In this document: positions 47,848-56,826 of the stretch, in pieces
Position numbering within the stretch: position 1 is the stretch's first letter
Layout: every line of letters begins with the position of its first letter
Virus record (IMG/VR): IMGVR_UViG_2936514734_000001
Span: 32,001-96,000 of that record
Strand: one strand, 5' to 3'
Origin: a virus
Lineage: Duplodnaviria; Caudoviricetes
DNA: 64,000 nucleotides
Translations under genes and position numbers: made by a program
Notes under the pieces: generated by a model
The model's input: the letters and a program-made list of their open reading frames with translations, nothing else
The model's database searches: none
What the model was told of the DNA's origin: nothing

Positions 47848-48612
47848 TTAATTTCGTTTTTTTAAATCTTCCATAACAGCTTCTTTTAGAACTGACTCAA
47901 CAAACTCTTTTGTTTTTAATCCTTCTTCTTCATCATAAGTAAAAACAACATCTAATAATTCTTGTTCTTTTTCTTTGACCATAGCTAGTGCATCTTCATA
48001 AGACATTTCTTCATTTCTAAATGCAAGAAGTTTTACTCTTTCTTCATCTGAATAAGTCATAGCGGCTTTGAAGTCTGTAAAGTCATTTTTGTAATAACGC
48101 ATAAAGAAATCTCCAATGCGGTAAGCACCCATCATTTCTTTTCCCCAAGGAGAGGCAATACCTTTAACAGTTAGAGGTTTTCCGCTTGCATCGTAGTGAG
48201 GAAGCCCATTTTCATAATTCCTTTGAGCAAGTCGTAGCTTTGTTCTGATCATTCCTAATGATGATTTGTGAAGATAAGGCAAATTCATTCGAGCAATTTC
48301 TTCTTTTTTCTCTAACAACTTTCTCACATACTTCTCTACTTCCGGAGAAAACACTAGATCGTTTGAAAATAAAACTTCAGTAAAGTTAACATTTGATTTC
48401 CACCATAGATAAGAAAGTTGTCGTGCATCTTTATATTCCACATCATCTCCATTATCAGCGGTAAATGATTTAGCAATGTCTCTATTAGCAAACATATCCT
48501 CAAACAATGGTAAGACAAAAAGCTTATAGTCCTTGTCTGATGAAGGAACTTGTAGGTTATAGTTATGTGAACCAACTAGGGCTTTTAAAAAAGGTGTTCT
48601 TTCATTGCTCAT
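47848..48612 (-). CDS. nucleotidyltransferase (DNA polymerase beta superfamily)
   Basis: GSHNYNL...SDKD motif; start corrected to MSNERT using GGAGG SD. Confidence 0.8.
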   Translation of the reverse strand: MSNERTPFLKALVGSHNYNLQVPSSDKDYKLFVLPLFEDMFANRDIAKSFTADNGDDVEYKDARQLSYLWWKSNVNFTEVLFSNDLVFSPEVEKYVRKLLEKKEEIARMNLPYLHKSSLGMIRTKLRLAQRNYENGLPHYDASGKPLTVKGIASPWGKEMMGAYRIGDFFMRYYKNDFTDFKAAMTYSDEERVKLLAFRNEEMSYEDALAMVKEKEQELLDVVFTYDEEEGLKTKEFVESVLKEAVMEDLKKRN

Positions 48613-48613
48613 A

Positions 48614-48994
48614 TTAAGCAGCCTCCTGTTTTGCTTTTTCTTCTTCTTTGATTTGTTCTGCAATAGCCGAAGCAACAGCGGCCACATGAATCAATTCTTC
48701 ATATAAATTGTCCGCATCCGTATCTTTAACACTCTTTAAACCTAAACGTCCTTGAGCGGCTTGACACACTTCTCCCCACTCTTCACCTAGGATAGCTAAC
48801 CATTTACCAATATCATGACGCTGGTATCCCCATAATCCATTCTGACGATAGCGTTCATTAAGGACTGCTCTATTTACATCGAGAACCAACAAGTGCTTTC
48901 CAAAGTCCTCCATGTCTAATTGTACTTTCTCTGCTAATTGCTCAAACCTAGATAGATTCTCCAATGCTTCTTCTTCTAATTTTTTAAGACTCAT
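48614..48994 (-). CDS. MazG-like nucleotide pyrophosphohydrolase
   Basis: LGEEWGEVCQA...EELIHVAAVA motif. Confidence 0.8.
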   Translation of the reverse strand: MSLKKLEEEALENLSRFEQLAEKVQLDMEDFGKHLLVLDVNRAVLNERYRQNGLWGYQRHDIGKWLAILGEEWGEVCQAAQGRLGLKSVKDTDADNLYEELIHVAAVASAIAEQIKEEEKAKQEAA

Positions 48995-49011
48995 TAAAAT
49001 ACTCCTTTACT

Positions 49012-49488
49012 TTATTGGCTTTCATCTATAAGAAGTTGTTTTATTCGTTCTATATTTTCTGCTATAACTTCATCTGGTTCTTCAAAACAATATGCTTCAA
49101 CTTTGAATTGTAAGTCTTCCAGTAACTCTGATTTAGGTGTAAATAAGTACTCACCCTTCTCCATAATCTCAGCATTTTTTACAACAGACATGATCTGGTA
49201 AGATGAATAAGCCCAATCCAACAATTCAGCTATTTCTTTTGAATAGTCATTTGTCTTAATTGCAAAGACATGATCATAGCTCTTCAAGTAGATTATGTAG
49301 ATATCGGTATCTTTTTTAGTTTCTAAATACATCTTTTTTAATTCCATAACCAAATCATAAATACCTCGAGGACAGGCAATTGCATACTCAATCATACCTT
49401 CAGGGAAGGTTACTCCATCTAAATCCCCTCGTAGCTTAACTAAGTAATGCTCACACTCTTTCATTAATTCTAAATCTGCTCTATTCAT
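49012..49488 (-). CDS. hypothetical protein
   Basis: GGAGGA SD before MNRADL. Confidence 0.6.
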   Translation of the reverse strand: MNRADLELMKECEHYLVKLRGDLDGVTFPEGMIEYAIACPRGIYDLVMELKKMYLETKKDTDIYIIYLKSYDHVFAIKTNDYSKEIAELLDWAYSSYQIMSVVKNAEIMEKGEYLFTPKSELLEDLQFKVEAYCFEEPDEVIAENIERIKQLLIDESQ

Positions 49489-49565
49489 GTTTCTTCCTCC
49501 TCTCCTTTTATGTAACATAAGCCTTTCAGATAAAACGTCAATAAGTAAAATAAAAAAAGAGCCCA

Positions 49566-49703
49566 TTACAGGCTCCTTAATTTATGTATTTCATCTATTA
49601 AATTCAACAACTTATCGATAGCTTCCTTACTATTTACTTCTACTCTGGTAGGCGCAAGAGATTGTAGCTCGATTAGCATTTCAATTAAAATAGCTTCGTA
49701 CAT
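49566..49703 (-). CDS. small helical protein (45 aa, not in ORF track)
   Basis: MYEAILIEML...HKLRSL; GGGGAG SD; TTGACA-16-TATACT promoter upstream; terminator over stop. Confidence 0.6.
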   Translation of the reverse strand: MYEAILIEMLIELQSLAPTRVEVNSKEAIDKLLNLIDEIHKLRSL

Positions 49704-49781
49704 TGAAACACTCCCCTTTTCTAACTAGTATAGAAAGTATTTAGTCGTTGTCAAGAAAGATGAAATAAAAGAAATATTTTA

Positions 49782-50036
49782 CTATGCCGCTTTATAAAGA
49801 TCAACGATCTCTTCAAGCTCAGCTGGATTATATTTAAGAGTACGCTTAATTTCCTTGTCACCATCCATAAGAATAACAACAGGAACACCATATCCAATTT
49901 TTAATTCAGCGGCTTTTTTAGCGCCTTCAGAATCCATTACATTATAAGATGTAACCTCTACACCTTGATCTTCTAAGTAATTACTTACAGGTACACAAGT
50001 AGTGCAACTCGGTTGATAAAATTTAAGAATTTCCAT
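49782..50036 (-). CDS. thioredoxin/NrdH-like redoxin
   Basis: KFYQPSCTTC and VP motifs; downstream of RNR genes. Confidence 0.8.
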   Translation of the reverse strand: MEILKFYQPSCTTCVPVSNYLEDQGVEVTSYNVMDSEGAKKAAELKIGYGVPVVILMDGDKEIKRTLKYNPAELEEIVDLYKAA

Positions 50037-50063
50037 ATTAATACCGTCCTTATTTATTAAATC

Positions 50064-51113
50064 TTATAGATCGTCGAAGCCATTTGCTTCACTAGCTTTT
50101 GTATATTGGCGAGACTTTTGCTCAAAGAAATCTGTTTTACCTAAATCAACTTCTTGATAAGCAACAATCCAGCGTAAAGGATTTGTTGTTGGTGCATCAG
50201 GGAATACCAACATCTTTCCGAATCCCATTTGGTTGCAACGTAAGTTTGCAGTGAACTTAATATAGTTTGAAACATCTCTCATTGTAAGACCTGTGATCTT
50301 ATTGCCAATGATCTCTTCTGCCCATTCAATTTCAAGCTCAGCCGCTTTACGGAATGTTTGAACAGCAAATTCTTTTAATTCTGGTGTATTGTACTCAGGA
50401 TTTTCATTAAGTACTTCTTTGAAAATCTTTTCGAATAAACCAACATGCTGTTGCTCGTCACGGTTGATGTAGTTAATCATCGTAGAAGTACTTACCATCT
50501 TCTGATTACGAGCTAAGTTGTAGAAGAATGCAAAACCGCTGTAGAAGAATAAGCCTTCAAGAATTACGTCGTACACAATAGATTTCAACATATTTTCTAC
50601 ACTTGGGTTTTCAGCAAATTCTTGATAACCATTTGTGATAAATTCATTGCGAGCAATTAACTTAGGTTCTGTTTTCCAATATTCAAATACTTCATCTTGC
50701 TTACCTTTTGGTACAAGGCTAGAAAGTACATATGAATATGAATGGTTATGAACTACTTCTTGTTGAGCTAAGATAACCATAAGAGCATTAACACTAGAAT
50801 CTGTGATGTAGTCTGCCATTTTAGCTGCATAGTCCGTTTGGATGCTATCTAACAATGCTAGTAGACCGATGATTTTTAAGAATGTGTCTTGCTCTGCTTT
50901 TGATAATTGAGGGAACTGCTGAACGTCTTTACCCATGTTAATTTCAAATGGTGTCCAAAAGTTTGCTAACATTCGTTTATAGAGCGGGAATGCCCACTTA
51001 AAGCGGACATCATCCCAGTTTAATACGTTTGAAGACTCCCCGTTAACAATAGCCGTAGAACGGTTTGGTGCTGTTTTATCCATAATTTTTCTTGTTACTA
51101 ATTCTGTACTCAT
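50064..51113 (-). CDS. nrdB: ribonucleotide reductase class I beta subunit
   Basis: FWTPFEI, LDSIQ, EVVHNHSY, EG..FY, RDE..H, DFFE motifs. Confidence 0.93.
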   Translation of the reverse strand: MSTELVTRKIMDKTAPNRSTAIVNGESSNVLNWDDVRFKWAFPLYKRMLANFWTPFEINMGKDVQQFPQLSKAEQDTFLKIIGLLALLDSIQTDYAAKMADYITDSSVNALMVILAQQEVVHNHSYSYVLSSLVPKGKQDEVFEYWKTEPKLIARNEFITNGYQEFAENPSVENMLKSIVYDVILEGLFFYSGFAFFYNLARNQKMVSTSTMINYINRDEQQHVGLFEKIFKEVLNENPEYNTPELKEFAVQTFRKAAELEIEWAEEIIGNKITGLTMRDVSNYIKFTANLRCNQMGFGKMLVFPDAPTTNPLRWIVAYQEVDLGKTDFFEQKSRQYTKASEANGFDDL

Positions 51114-51139
51114 TATTTATTCCTCCAAGGTGTTTTATA

Positions 51140-53452
51140 TTACGAATGACAAGATTCACAATCGTCGATTACTTCTTGAGAAGTCGAACGAACATAGTAA
51201 GTTGTTTTTAATTTTTCTTTCCATGCGTCTAGGTGTAAGCTTAGTAATTCACTAGCTCTTACATCGTTTGGTACATAGAAGTTAAAGCTGATTGCTTGGT
51301 CAATATGACGTTGACGACGAGCATTCTGTTTAATACTTTGATGCTGATCTACTACATATGCAGATGGATAGAACCATGTTGTTTGCTCGTTAAGGTCCGG
51401 CGCCGTTACAGGAATTTTATATGTTTTCTTTTCTTCTGAATAAAATTTACGGAAGATAGGATCAATACTAGCGGAAGATCCTGCAACGATTGATGTACTT
51501 GCATTAGGTGCAACTGCCATCAAGTAACCGTTACGAATACCTTCTTCTTGAACTTCAGCAGATAAAGTGTCCCAATCCAATAATGAAGGGATAGCATTTT
51601 CTCCTGTATAACTACGACGTTCAAAGTACATACCTGTATTAAACTCCGAACCTTCAAAATAAGGATAAGCGCCTTTTTCTTTTGCAAGTTCCTTAGATGC
51701 CTTAATTGTGTAGAAAGCAATGTGCTCATATAATTCATCAGCAAGCTCTACCGCTTCTTCTGAATCCCACATGATACCTTTAAGTGCTAATAAGTGGGCC
51801 CAACCAAATGTGCCAAGACCAATTGCACGGTAGTTTCCGTTTGTGATTTTAGCTTGGTATACTGGTAGGTCATTTAAATCAATAACGTTATCAAGCATAC
51901 GTACCTGAATGTTGATTAACTTTTCTAGAGCTTGATAGAAGTTATCCGGATTAGCTTTATAAATTGCTCCTAAGTTAATAGAAGAAAGGTTACATACAAC
52001 AAAATCACCTGGATTTTTTGTAATAATGATTTTGCCATCTTCTGTTTTTACCTCTTCTACTACTGTTACACTTTGATTTTGTGTAATTTCTGTACATAAG
52101 TTACTGCAGTAAATCATGCCTTTGTGCTTGTTTGCATTTTTGCGGTTTACTTCGTCGCGATAGAACATAAATGGAGAGCCAGTTTCTAGTTGAGAAATCA
52201 TAATTCGCTTAAAGACTTCAATTGCTTCTACTTTGTCCCATAGCAATCCCTTTTCTCCAAATTGTCCGTTTTCAGCCGCTTCAACAGCTATTGCGTAATG
52301 GTTGCGGAACGAACCGCTGCCTTCTTCTTCATCATAGAAATCTTCAAGACTAAATCCTAATTCTTTTCGAATTGTGTGAGGATCAAATGTGTACCAAGAA
52401 TCGCGTGCTTCTACCGCTTCCATGAAGATATCAGGTAATGTTACACCCATGAATAAATCATGTGTACGTTTGCGTTCGTCACCATTGTTTAGCTTCGCAT
52501 CTAAGAATGTGAAAATATCTTGGTGCCAAATATCTAAGTAAACTGCAATAGCACCTTGGCGTTGACCTAATTGATCTACGCTAACCGCTGTATTATTTAA
52601 TTGTTTCATCCATGGTAGAACACCTTGGGATACACCAGGGAAACCTTTAATGTCTGAACCACGACTACGAATATGTCCTAAGTAAACACCAATACCGCCA
52701 CCATTTTTAGATAGGTCAGCTAGATCACTGTTACTGTCATAAATACAACGTAAGTCATCACCAACGGTATCAATAAAGCAAGAAGATAGTTGTCCATAGC
52801 TCTTTCCTGCATTTGAAAAAGTAGGAGTAGCTACTGTCATATATCGTTTTGATAATACTTCATACGCTTCTTTAACTAAGTTAATACGTTTTGATTTATC
52901 TTCTAAACGCATTAAAGCCATTGCAATAATCATGAAACGTTCTTGTGGTAACTCACAAGTAGTTTTCTTATTGAATTTTGCTAAGTAACGTTCCGCCAAT
53001 GTAAGAAGACCAATATAAGTGAAGTCATTATCTCGTTCAGGGACAATAAGGCTCTCAAGTTGGTTCATTTCATCTTCTGTATAATCAGTTAAAATGTTTG
53101 TATGGTAAATGCCTTGCCCCACTAAAAGAGTTACTAATTCATATAAAGAACCGTATTTTTGCTTAGGATCATAACCACGGTTTTGAGCTGCTTCTTCATA
53201 TAGTTGCTCAGAGTATAAAGCGGACGCTACAAATGTCCAATCTGGACGATTATCTTCCATACCAAGCTCTTCTAAAGCTCGAAGAATTGCCTGTTGAGAA
53301 GCTTCTTGTAGAGTGATTTCTTCTCTACTCTCAATATAATTTTTCACGCTATCTAAGAAGTCTGCGCTATCTAAATGATTAAATGATTCTAATACTTTTG
53401 TAATTCTGCCTGTAATAATTTCTTGGACTGATGTAGTTGTTTCAGTTGACAA
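51140..53452 (-). CDS. nrdA: ribonucleotide reductase class I alpha subunit
   Basis: ATP..SN, LSSCF, GGG.G, SNLCTEI, CNLSS, APNAS and C-terminal CESC motifs; TTG start after GGAGG. Confidence 0.95.
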   Translation of the reverse strand: MSTETTTSVQEIITGRITKVLESFNHLDSADFLDSVKNYIESREEITLQEASQQAILRALEELGMEDNRPDWTFVASALYSEQLYEEAAQNRGYDPKQKYGSLYELVTLLVGQGIYHTNILTDYTEDEMNQLESLIVPERDNDFTYIGLLTLAERYLAKFNKKTTCELPQERFMIIAMALMRLEDKSKRINLVKEAYEVLSKRYMTVATPTFSNAGKSYGQLSSCFIDTVGDDLRCIYDSNSDLADLSKNGGGIGVYLGHIRSRGSDIKGFPGVSQGVLPWMKQLNNTAVSVDQLGQRQGAIAVYLDIWHQDIFTFLDAKLNNGDERKRTHDLFMGVTLPDIFMEAVEARDSWYTFDPHTIRKELGFSLEDFYDEEEGSGSFRNHYAIAVEAAENGQFGEKGLLWDKVEAIEVFKRIMISQLETGSPFMFYRDEVNRKNANKHKGMIYCSNLCTEITQNQSVTVVEEVKTEDGKIIITKNPGDFVVCNLSSINLGAIYKANPDNFYQALEKLINIQVRMLDNVIDLNDLPVYQAKITNGNYRAIGLGTFGWAHLLALKGIMWDSEEAVELADELYEHIAFYTIKASKELAKEKGAYPYFEGSEFNTGMYFERRSYTGENAIPSLLDWDTLSAEVQEEGIRNGYLMAVAPNASTSIVAGSSASIDPIFRKFYSEEKKTYKIPVTAPDLNEQTTWFYPSAYVVDQHQSIKQNARRQRHIDQAISFNFYVPNDVRASELLSLHLDAWKEKLKTTYYVRSTSQEVIDDCESCHS

Positions 53453-53492
53453 GTAAATTCCTCCCTTAATGTTTTTTAAATTCCCGAGCGGC

Positions 53493-53508
53493 AAACTACA
53501 TATAGTAG
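53493..53508. promoter_or_regulatory. NrdR box-like operator
   Basis: AAACTACATATAGTAG matches acaCwAtATaTwGtg consensus ~40 bp upstream of nrdA. Confidence 0.6.
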
Positions 53509-53640
53509 CTCGCTTCGTGAAAGGTCAGTTTTTAATACAACCATTAGATATTAAAAAGTCAAACTGATTTATGAACAAACTAATGTTCTAAATTTAGACA
53601 ATAAAAAAGACTCAGGGTTATATCCTCAGCCTTTAAATAC

Positions 53641-54027
53641 TTATCCAGTTTGTGTATTTCTTTCTGGTGTTTCTACAAGAAAAGATACATTCTCATAAAT
53701 TGTAGAGCCACTTCCAACGGTGCTAGTGCCATGGTTTATATGGCTAATAAGCCCTTCAAACTCTTCACCACTGAAAAATATGAGATGCACTTTGTTTTGC
53801 TTGCTCATATCTATTTCATTAGGAATAATAGCTTGATTAAAGTTTAAATTATACCCTAAGAATGGATGATGATCTCCTATCTTCATTGGCGAACCATCTT
53901 CATGAACAGGATTCCCCATTGTATACATAACAACTGTTCCCTCTGGTCCACCTATTGGACTAACATGACTATCTTGAAACTTGATTTGATGATGATTAAT
54001 CCAACAACTTTTTAAAGCTTTGTTCAT
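53641..54027 (-). CDS. hypothetical protein
   Basis: GGGTGA SD; downstream of rtp. Confidence 0.6.
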   Translation of the reverse strand: MNKALKSCWINHHQIKFQDSHVSPIGGPEGTVVMYTMGNPVHEDGSPMKIGDHHPFLGYNLNFNQAIIPNEIDMSKQNKVHLIFFSGEEFEGLISHINHGTSTVGSGSTIYENVSFLVETPERNTQTG

Positions 54028-54038
54028 TCTTTCACCCC

Positions 54039-54425
54039 TTATCTAACAGGGCCGTAATGATCCTCTAAAGCTTTATCCAATAACCCCCTACACCGTTCAA
54101 GCTCAACTTTCATTTGCTTCTTATAAAGGTCATATTCTTTCTTTCCTTCATCCGTAAGTGAGTATAGGATAATCTCTTGAAAATCAACGCCCTTCTCCCC
54201 TTTGATTTGGCGTTCCCTTTTGACTAACCCATCCCTAGTCAATTCGTGTAATACTTTATATGTTTCTGTATGAGTAGGTTCATACCCATACTGTTTAAAT
54301 TCTTTACGTAAATCCCCTAAATATTGAGACGCATACCCTTTATGCTTATCAATTGTCTTGTATATGTATAGCTTCAAAAATGCACGTTGCTTTAATAAGA
54401 AACCTCTATTTTTAAACTCACTCAT
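54039..54425 (-). CDS. rtp: replication terminator protein
   Basis: GFLLKQRAFLKLY...EF...G..P.HTE.Y..LHEL..DG...QE..LY...YKKQ.KVEL.RC..L..KAL.D closely follows B. subtilis RTP. Confidence 0.9.
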   Translation of the reverse strand: MSEFKNRGFLLKQRAFLKLYIYKTIDKHKGYASQYLGDLRKEFKQYGYEPTHTETYKVLHELTRDGLVKRERQIKGEKGVDFQEIILYSLTDEGKKEYDLYKKQMKVELERCRGLLDKALEDHYGPVR

Positions 54426-54449
54426 TATATACACACCTTTCGAAAGTGT

Positions 54450-54471
54450 AAAACCATGTTCTATTGATTCA
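54450..54471 (+). other. weaker Ter-like site just downstream of the rtp promoter
   Basis: AAAACCATGTTC..N5..ATTCA, inverted relative to the 54560 site. Confidence 0.45.
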
Positions 54472-54480
54472 TCTTATATT

Positions 54481-54509
54481 ATTATACATTTATTAGGATT
54501 TACCTTCAA
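54481..54509 (-). promoter_or_regulatory. sigma-A promoter of rtp
   Basis: TTGAAG-17-TATAAT on the minus strand. Confidence 0.7.
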
Positions 54510-54559
54510 AAAATATACAGATTTGAATGAATCCGTCTTATAAGCTAACGTATTAATAA

Positions 54560-54592
54560 CTATTGAATATTTGGAACATGGTTTTTGAGAAA
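54560..54592 (-). other. Ter-like replication terminator upstream of rtp
   Basis: TTTCTCAAAAACCATGTTCCAAATATTCAATAG; 28/33 identical to 24520-24552. Confidence 0.8.
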
Positions 54593-54603
54593 TATAATAG
54601 AGG

Positions 54604-54753
54604 TTATCTTCTAGATTGTCGCATGTAATGACTGCAACTTTCGCATCTGTAATCGCTATATGTACAAGGACATTTAGGACGTTTTTTCTCTACAGAATGC
54701 ACAGCGATCACGATGATAACTCCAATGGATAAACCAATAATTAGAGCTGTCAT
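54604..54753 (-). CDS. small membrane-anchored Cys-rich protein (49 aa, not in ORF track)
   Basis: MTALIIGLSIGVIIVIAV...CPC...CESC. Confidence 0.55.
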   Translation of the reverse strand: MTALIIGLSIGVIIVIAVHSVEKKRPKCPCTYSDYRCESCSHYMRQSRR

Positions 54754-54768
54754 TCTATACCTACTTTC

Positions 54769-55410
54769 TTAAGAAGTTGTTTGAAGCCTTTTGTCTCTTA
54801 GACGTTTTAAACGCTTCTCTATTCCAGTAGAAGTCCTTCCCATTATTTCTGCAATCTTTTTCTGTGGCATATTCTCTTGATAATACAATCTCCACAGTTG
54901 GTCATCTTGCTCAGTTGTCCAAGGCTTTCTTTTATTTGCCCATCTATAAAAATCTTCCTTACGTCTTTCATCTAACCAATCAGGCTCAAAAGGTAGTGAA
55001 TATTGCGGAACATTATGCCAATTGATCAAGTGTTTATGTTCTTCAGCCCATTTCCAGAACTTCTTAGGGTTAATGTAATAAGAAAGTTGTTTTACATTAA
55101 CAGCTCCGTTTCTACCGTTTTTAACTCTTCTAATTCGGAAGTCTCTTTGTTTAGCCGGTAAACCGTGATTAGTAATCATTCGCTTAACCGCTTTATCATC
55201 TATGCATAAACATTTAGCAAGCTGTCGAACAGTTAACATTCCACACGCTATTTTTGTATTAGATATGCCTAATTTTTCAGCTTTGCTTAATACCGCTTCA
55301 GGTGTTCTGCCAAGCTTCTGAGCAATCGCACTCATAGACAGCGATCCAATATATGTTTCAAGATATTCAATTTCTTCTTCAGTCCAATGTTTACCACTAC
55401 GATCAGTCAT
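54769..55410 (-). CDS. multi-HTH DNA-binding protein
   Basis: WT.EE..L...IA..LGRT repeated at both termini; central HTH. Confidence 0.75.
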   Translation of the reverse strand: MTDRSGKHWTEEEIEYLETYIGSLSMSAIAQKLGRTPEAVLSKAEKLGISNTKIACGMLTVRQLAKCLCIDDKAVKRMITNHGLPAKQRDFRIRRVKNGRNGAVNVKQLSYYINPKKFWKWAEEHKHLINWHNVPQYSLPFEPDWLDERRKEDFYRWANKRKPWTTEQDDQLWRLYYQENMPQKKIAEIMGRTSTGIEKRLKRLRDKRLQTTS

Positions 55411-55546
55411 AAAGTTGACCACCTTTCATCTTGTATACACAATGCTAAAACAACATAAGCTTTTCATATCAAAAGTAAATATGTCATTAGTCTCAAATTC
55501 AAGCATTGAAAAATTTTTGTAATAAATCAGGAATATTTTTCTTTAC

Positions 55547-55560
55547 AGAACATCTGTTCT
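55547..55560. promoter_or_regulatory. LexA/DinR (SOS) box
   Basis: AGAAC-ATCT-GTTCT directly downstream of minus-strand TGATATAAT. Confidence 0.7.
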
Positions 55561-55710
55561 TATTATATCATGTTATTATAGTTAAGAAACAGTTATAAAA
55601 CCTAAACCAAAAAACCTAAACCTCACTGAAGAAGCAGCTAACTACCATGGCTGCTTTTTCTCATGTTCTCATATTCTGAAACAAAAAAGCCACCCATAAG
55701 GGTGACTCAG

Positions 55711-56607
55711 TTATTGTTTCTGGATAAGTTTATAAATATTTATAAGACCATTTCCAAAGTTGTCATCGTCGCCTGCTTCTCCGAGATCAACAGAGCGGTC
55801 ATGAATTAATTGCATAATTTGGTCAGGTGATAGTTTTTGTCCTGATTTACGAGCAAGTGATTCAATAAGAGCAATAACTCCTGCAACCATAGGTGTTGCC
55901 ATTGAAGTACCGGATAGTTTTGCATAACTACCATTTTTATACGTACTATAAATGTCTACACCAGGAGCCGCTACATCTAATTCATTACCGAAGTTAGAGA
56001 AGTTTGCTTTTCCAAATGCTTGGTCAATTGCACCAACAGCAATTGTTTCTTCATACACTGCAGGCCAACCTACATGAGTATTTTCATTACCTGAAGCAGC
56101 TACAATAATAATACCTGCATCATGTGCACGTTTGAAAGCTTGATGGAATGCAGGGCCCGGATCAACAGGACAACCTAGACTCATAGAGATGATGTCCACT
56201 TGTTCTTCTATTGCCCAATCAATTCCTTTGATAATAGCATCAATAGAACCTGAACCATCATCACCTAGAACCTTAGCAATATATAATTGTGCTCGTGGTG
56301 CTACACCAACAACTCCTACCATATTGTCACAAGCAGCAATAATACCTGCACAGTGACTGCCATGACCTTGACGATCTACAAAGTCGGTAGGGTTTGAAGT
56401 AGTAAAGTTGATACCTTTTACAATGTTAGGTGCTAAATCTGGATGTTTAGGATCAATGCCTGTATCTAATACCGCTACTTTGATTCCTTCTCCTTTTGTA
56501 AGAGACCAGATTTGAGGAGCTTGAACTAGGCTTACACCCCAGTCAATAACTTGTTTTGGTGAAGTAGATTGAACCTCAAGTACTTCAGATTGGATTTTAA
56601 ATTCCAT
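55711..56607 (-). CDS. subtilisin-family (S8) serine protease without signal peptide
   Basis: VAVLDTG, HGSH, GTSMATP catalytic triad motifs. Confidence 0.92.
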   Translation of the reverse strand: MEFKIQSEVLEVQSTSPKQVIDWGVSLVQAPQIWSLTKGEGIKVAVLDTGIDPKHPDLAPNIVKGINFTTSNPTDFVDRQGHGSHCAGIIAACDNMVGVVGVAPRAQLYIAKVLGDDGSGSIDAIIKGIDWAIEEQVDIISMSLGCPVDPGPAFHQAFKRAHDAGIIIVAASGNENTHVGWPAVYEETIAVGAIDQAFGKANFSNFGNELDVAAPGVDIYSTYKNGSYAKLSGTSMATPMVAGVIALIESLARKSGQKLSPDQIMQLIHDRSVDLGEAGDDDNFGNGLINIYKLIQKQ

Positions 56608-56733
56608 AGGAACTCCTCCTTTAATCGATTACCAAAGAAAAATAACCATTTGATTAAAGGGGCTCAATCTTAAACTCTGTTGTCTCCCAACTTCATAACA
56701 ATAAAAAAAGGTGAGAACAATGTCCCACCCGTT

Positions 56734-56826
56734 TTACTTAGGACTAAATATGATTTCTAAGATTGCGGCTGTTAAATCCGCTAGTGCTTCAAAGAGACCA
56801 TGATGCCTCCTTTTTCTTCTTGCCAT
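56734..56826 (-). CDS. small peptide (30 aa) coupled to the nucleoside transporter gene
   Basis: TAATG overlap; MARRKRRHHGLFEALADLTAAILEIIFSPK; ends at terminator. Confidence 0.4.
   Translation of the reverse strand: MARRKRRHHGLFEALADLTAAILEIIFSPK

Noticed and set aside
50064-53452. Introns or inteins in the RNR genes
   Set aside because: Both ORFs are continuous and of normal length
53577-53600. Ter-like or LexA-like AACTAATGTTCTAAATTTAGA
   Set aside because: Weak Ter match; GAAC-GTTC spacing is 8 rather than 4
47506-54197. Three GAGAAGGG (SpoIIIE recognition) octamers pointing toward dif
   Set aside because: Expected from purine-rich coding-strand bias; I found none by eye on the left arm; needs a count
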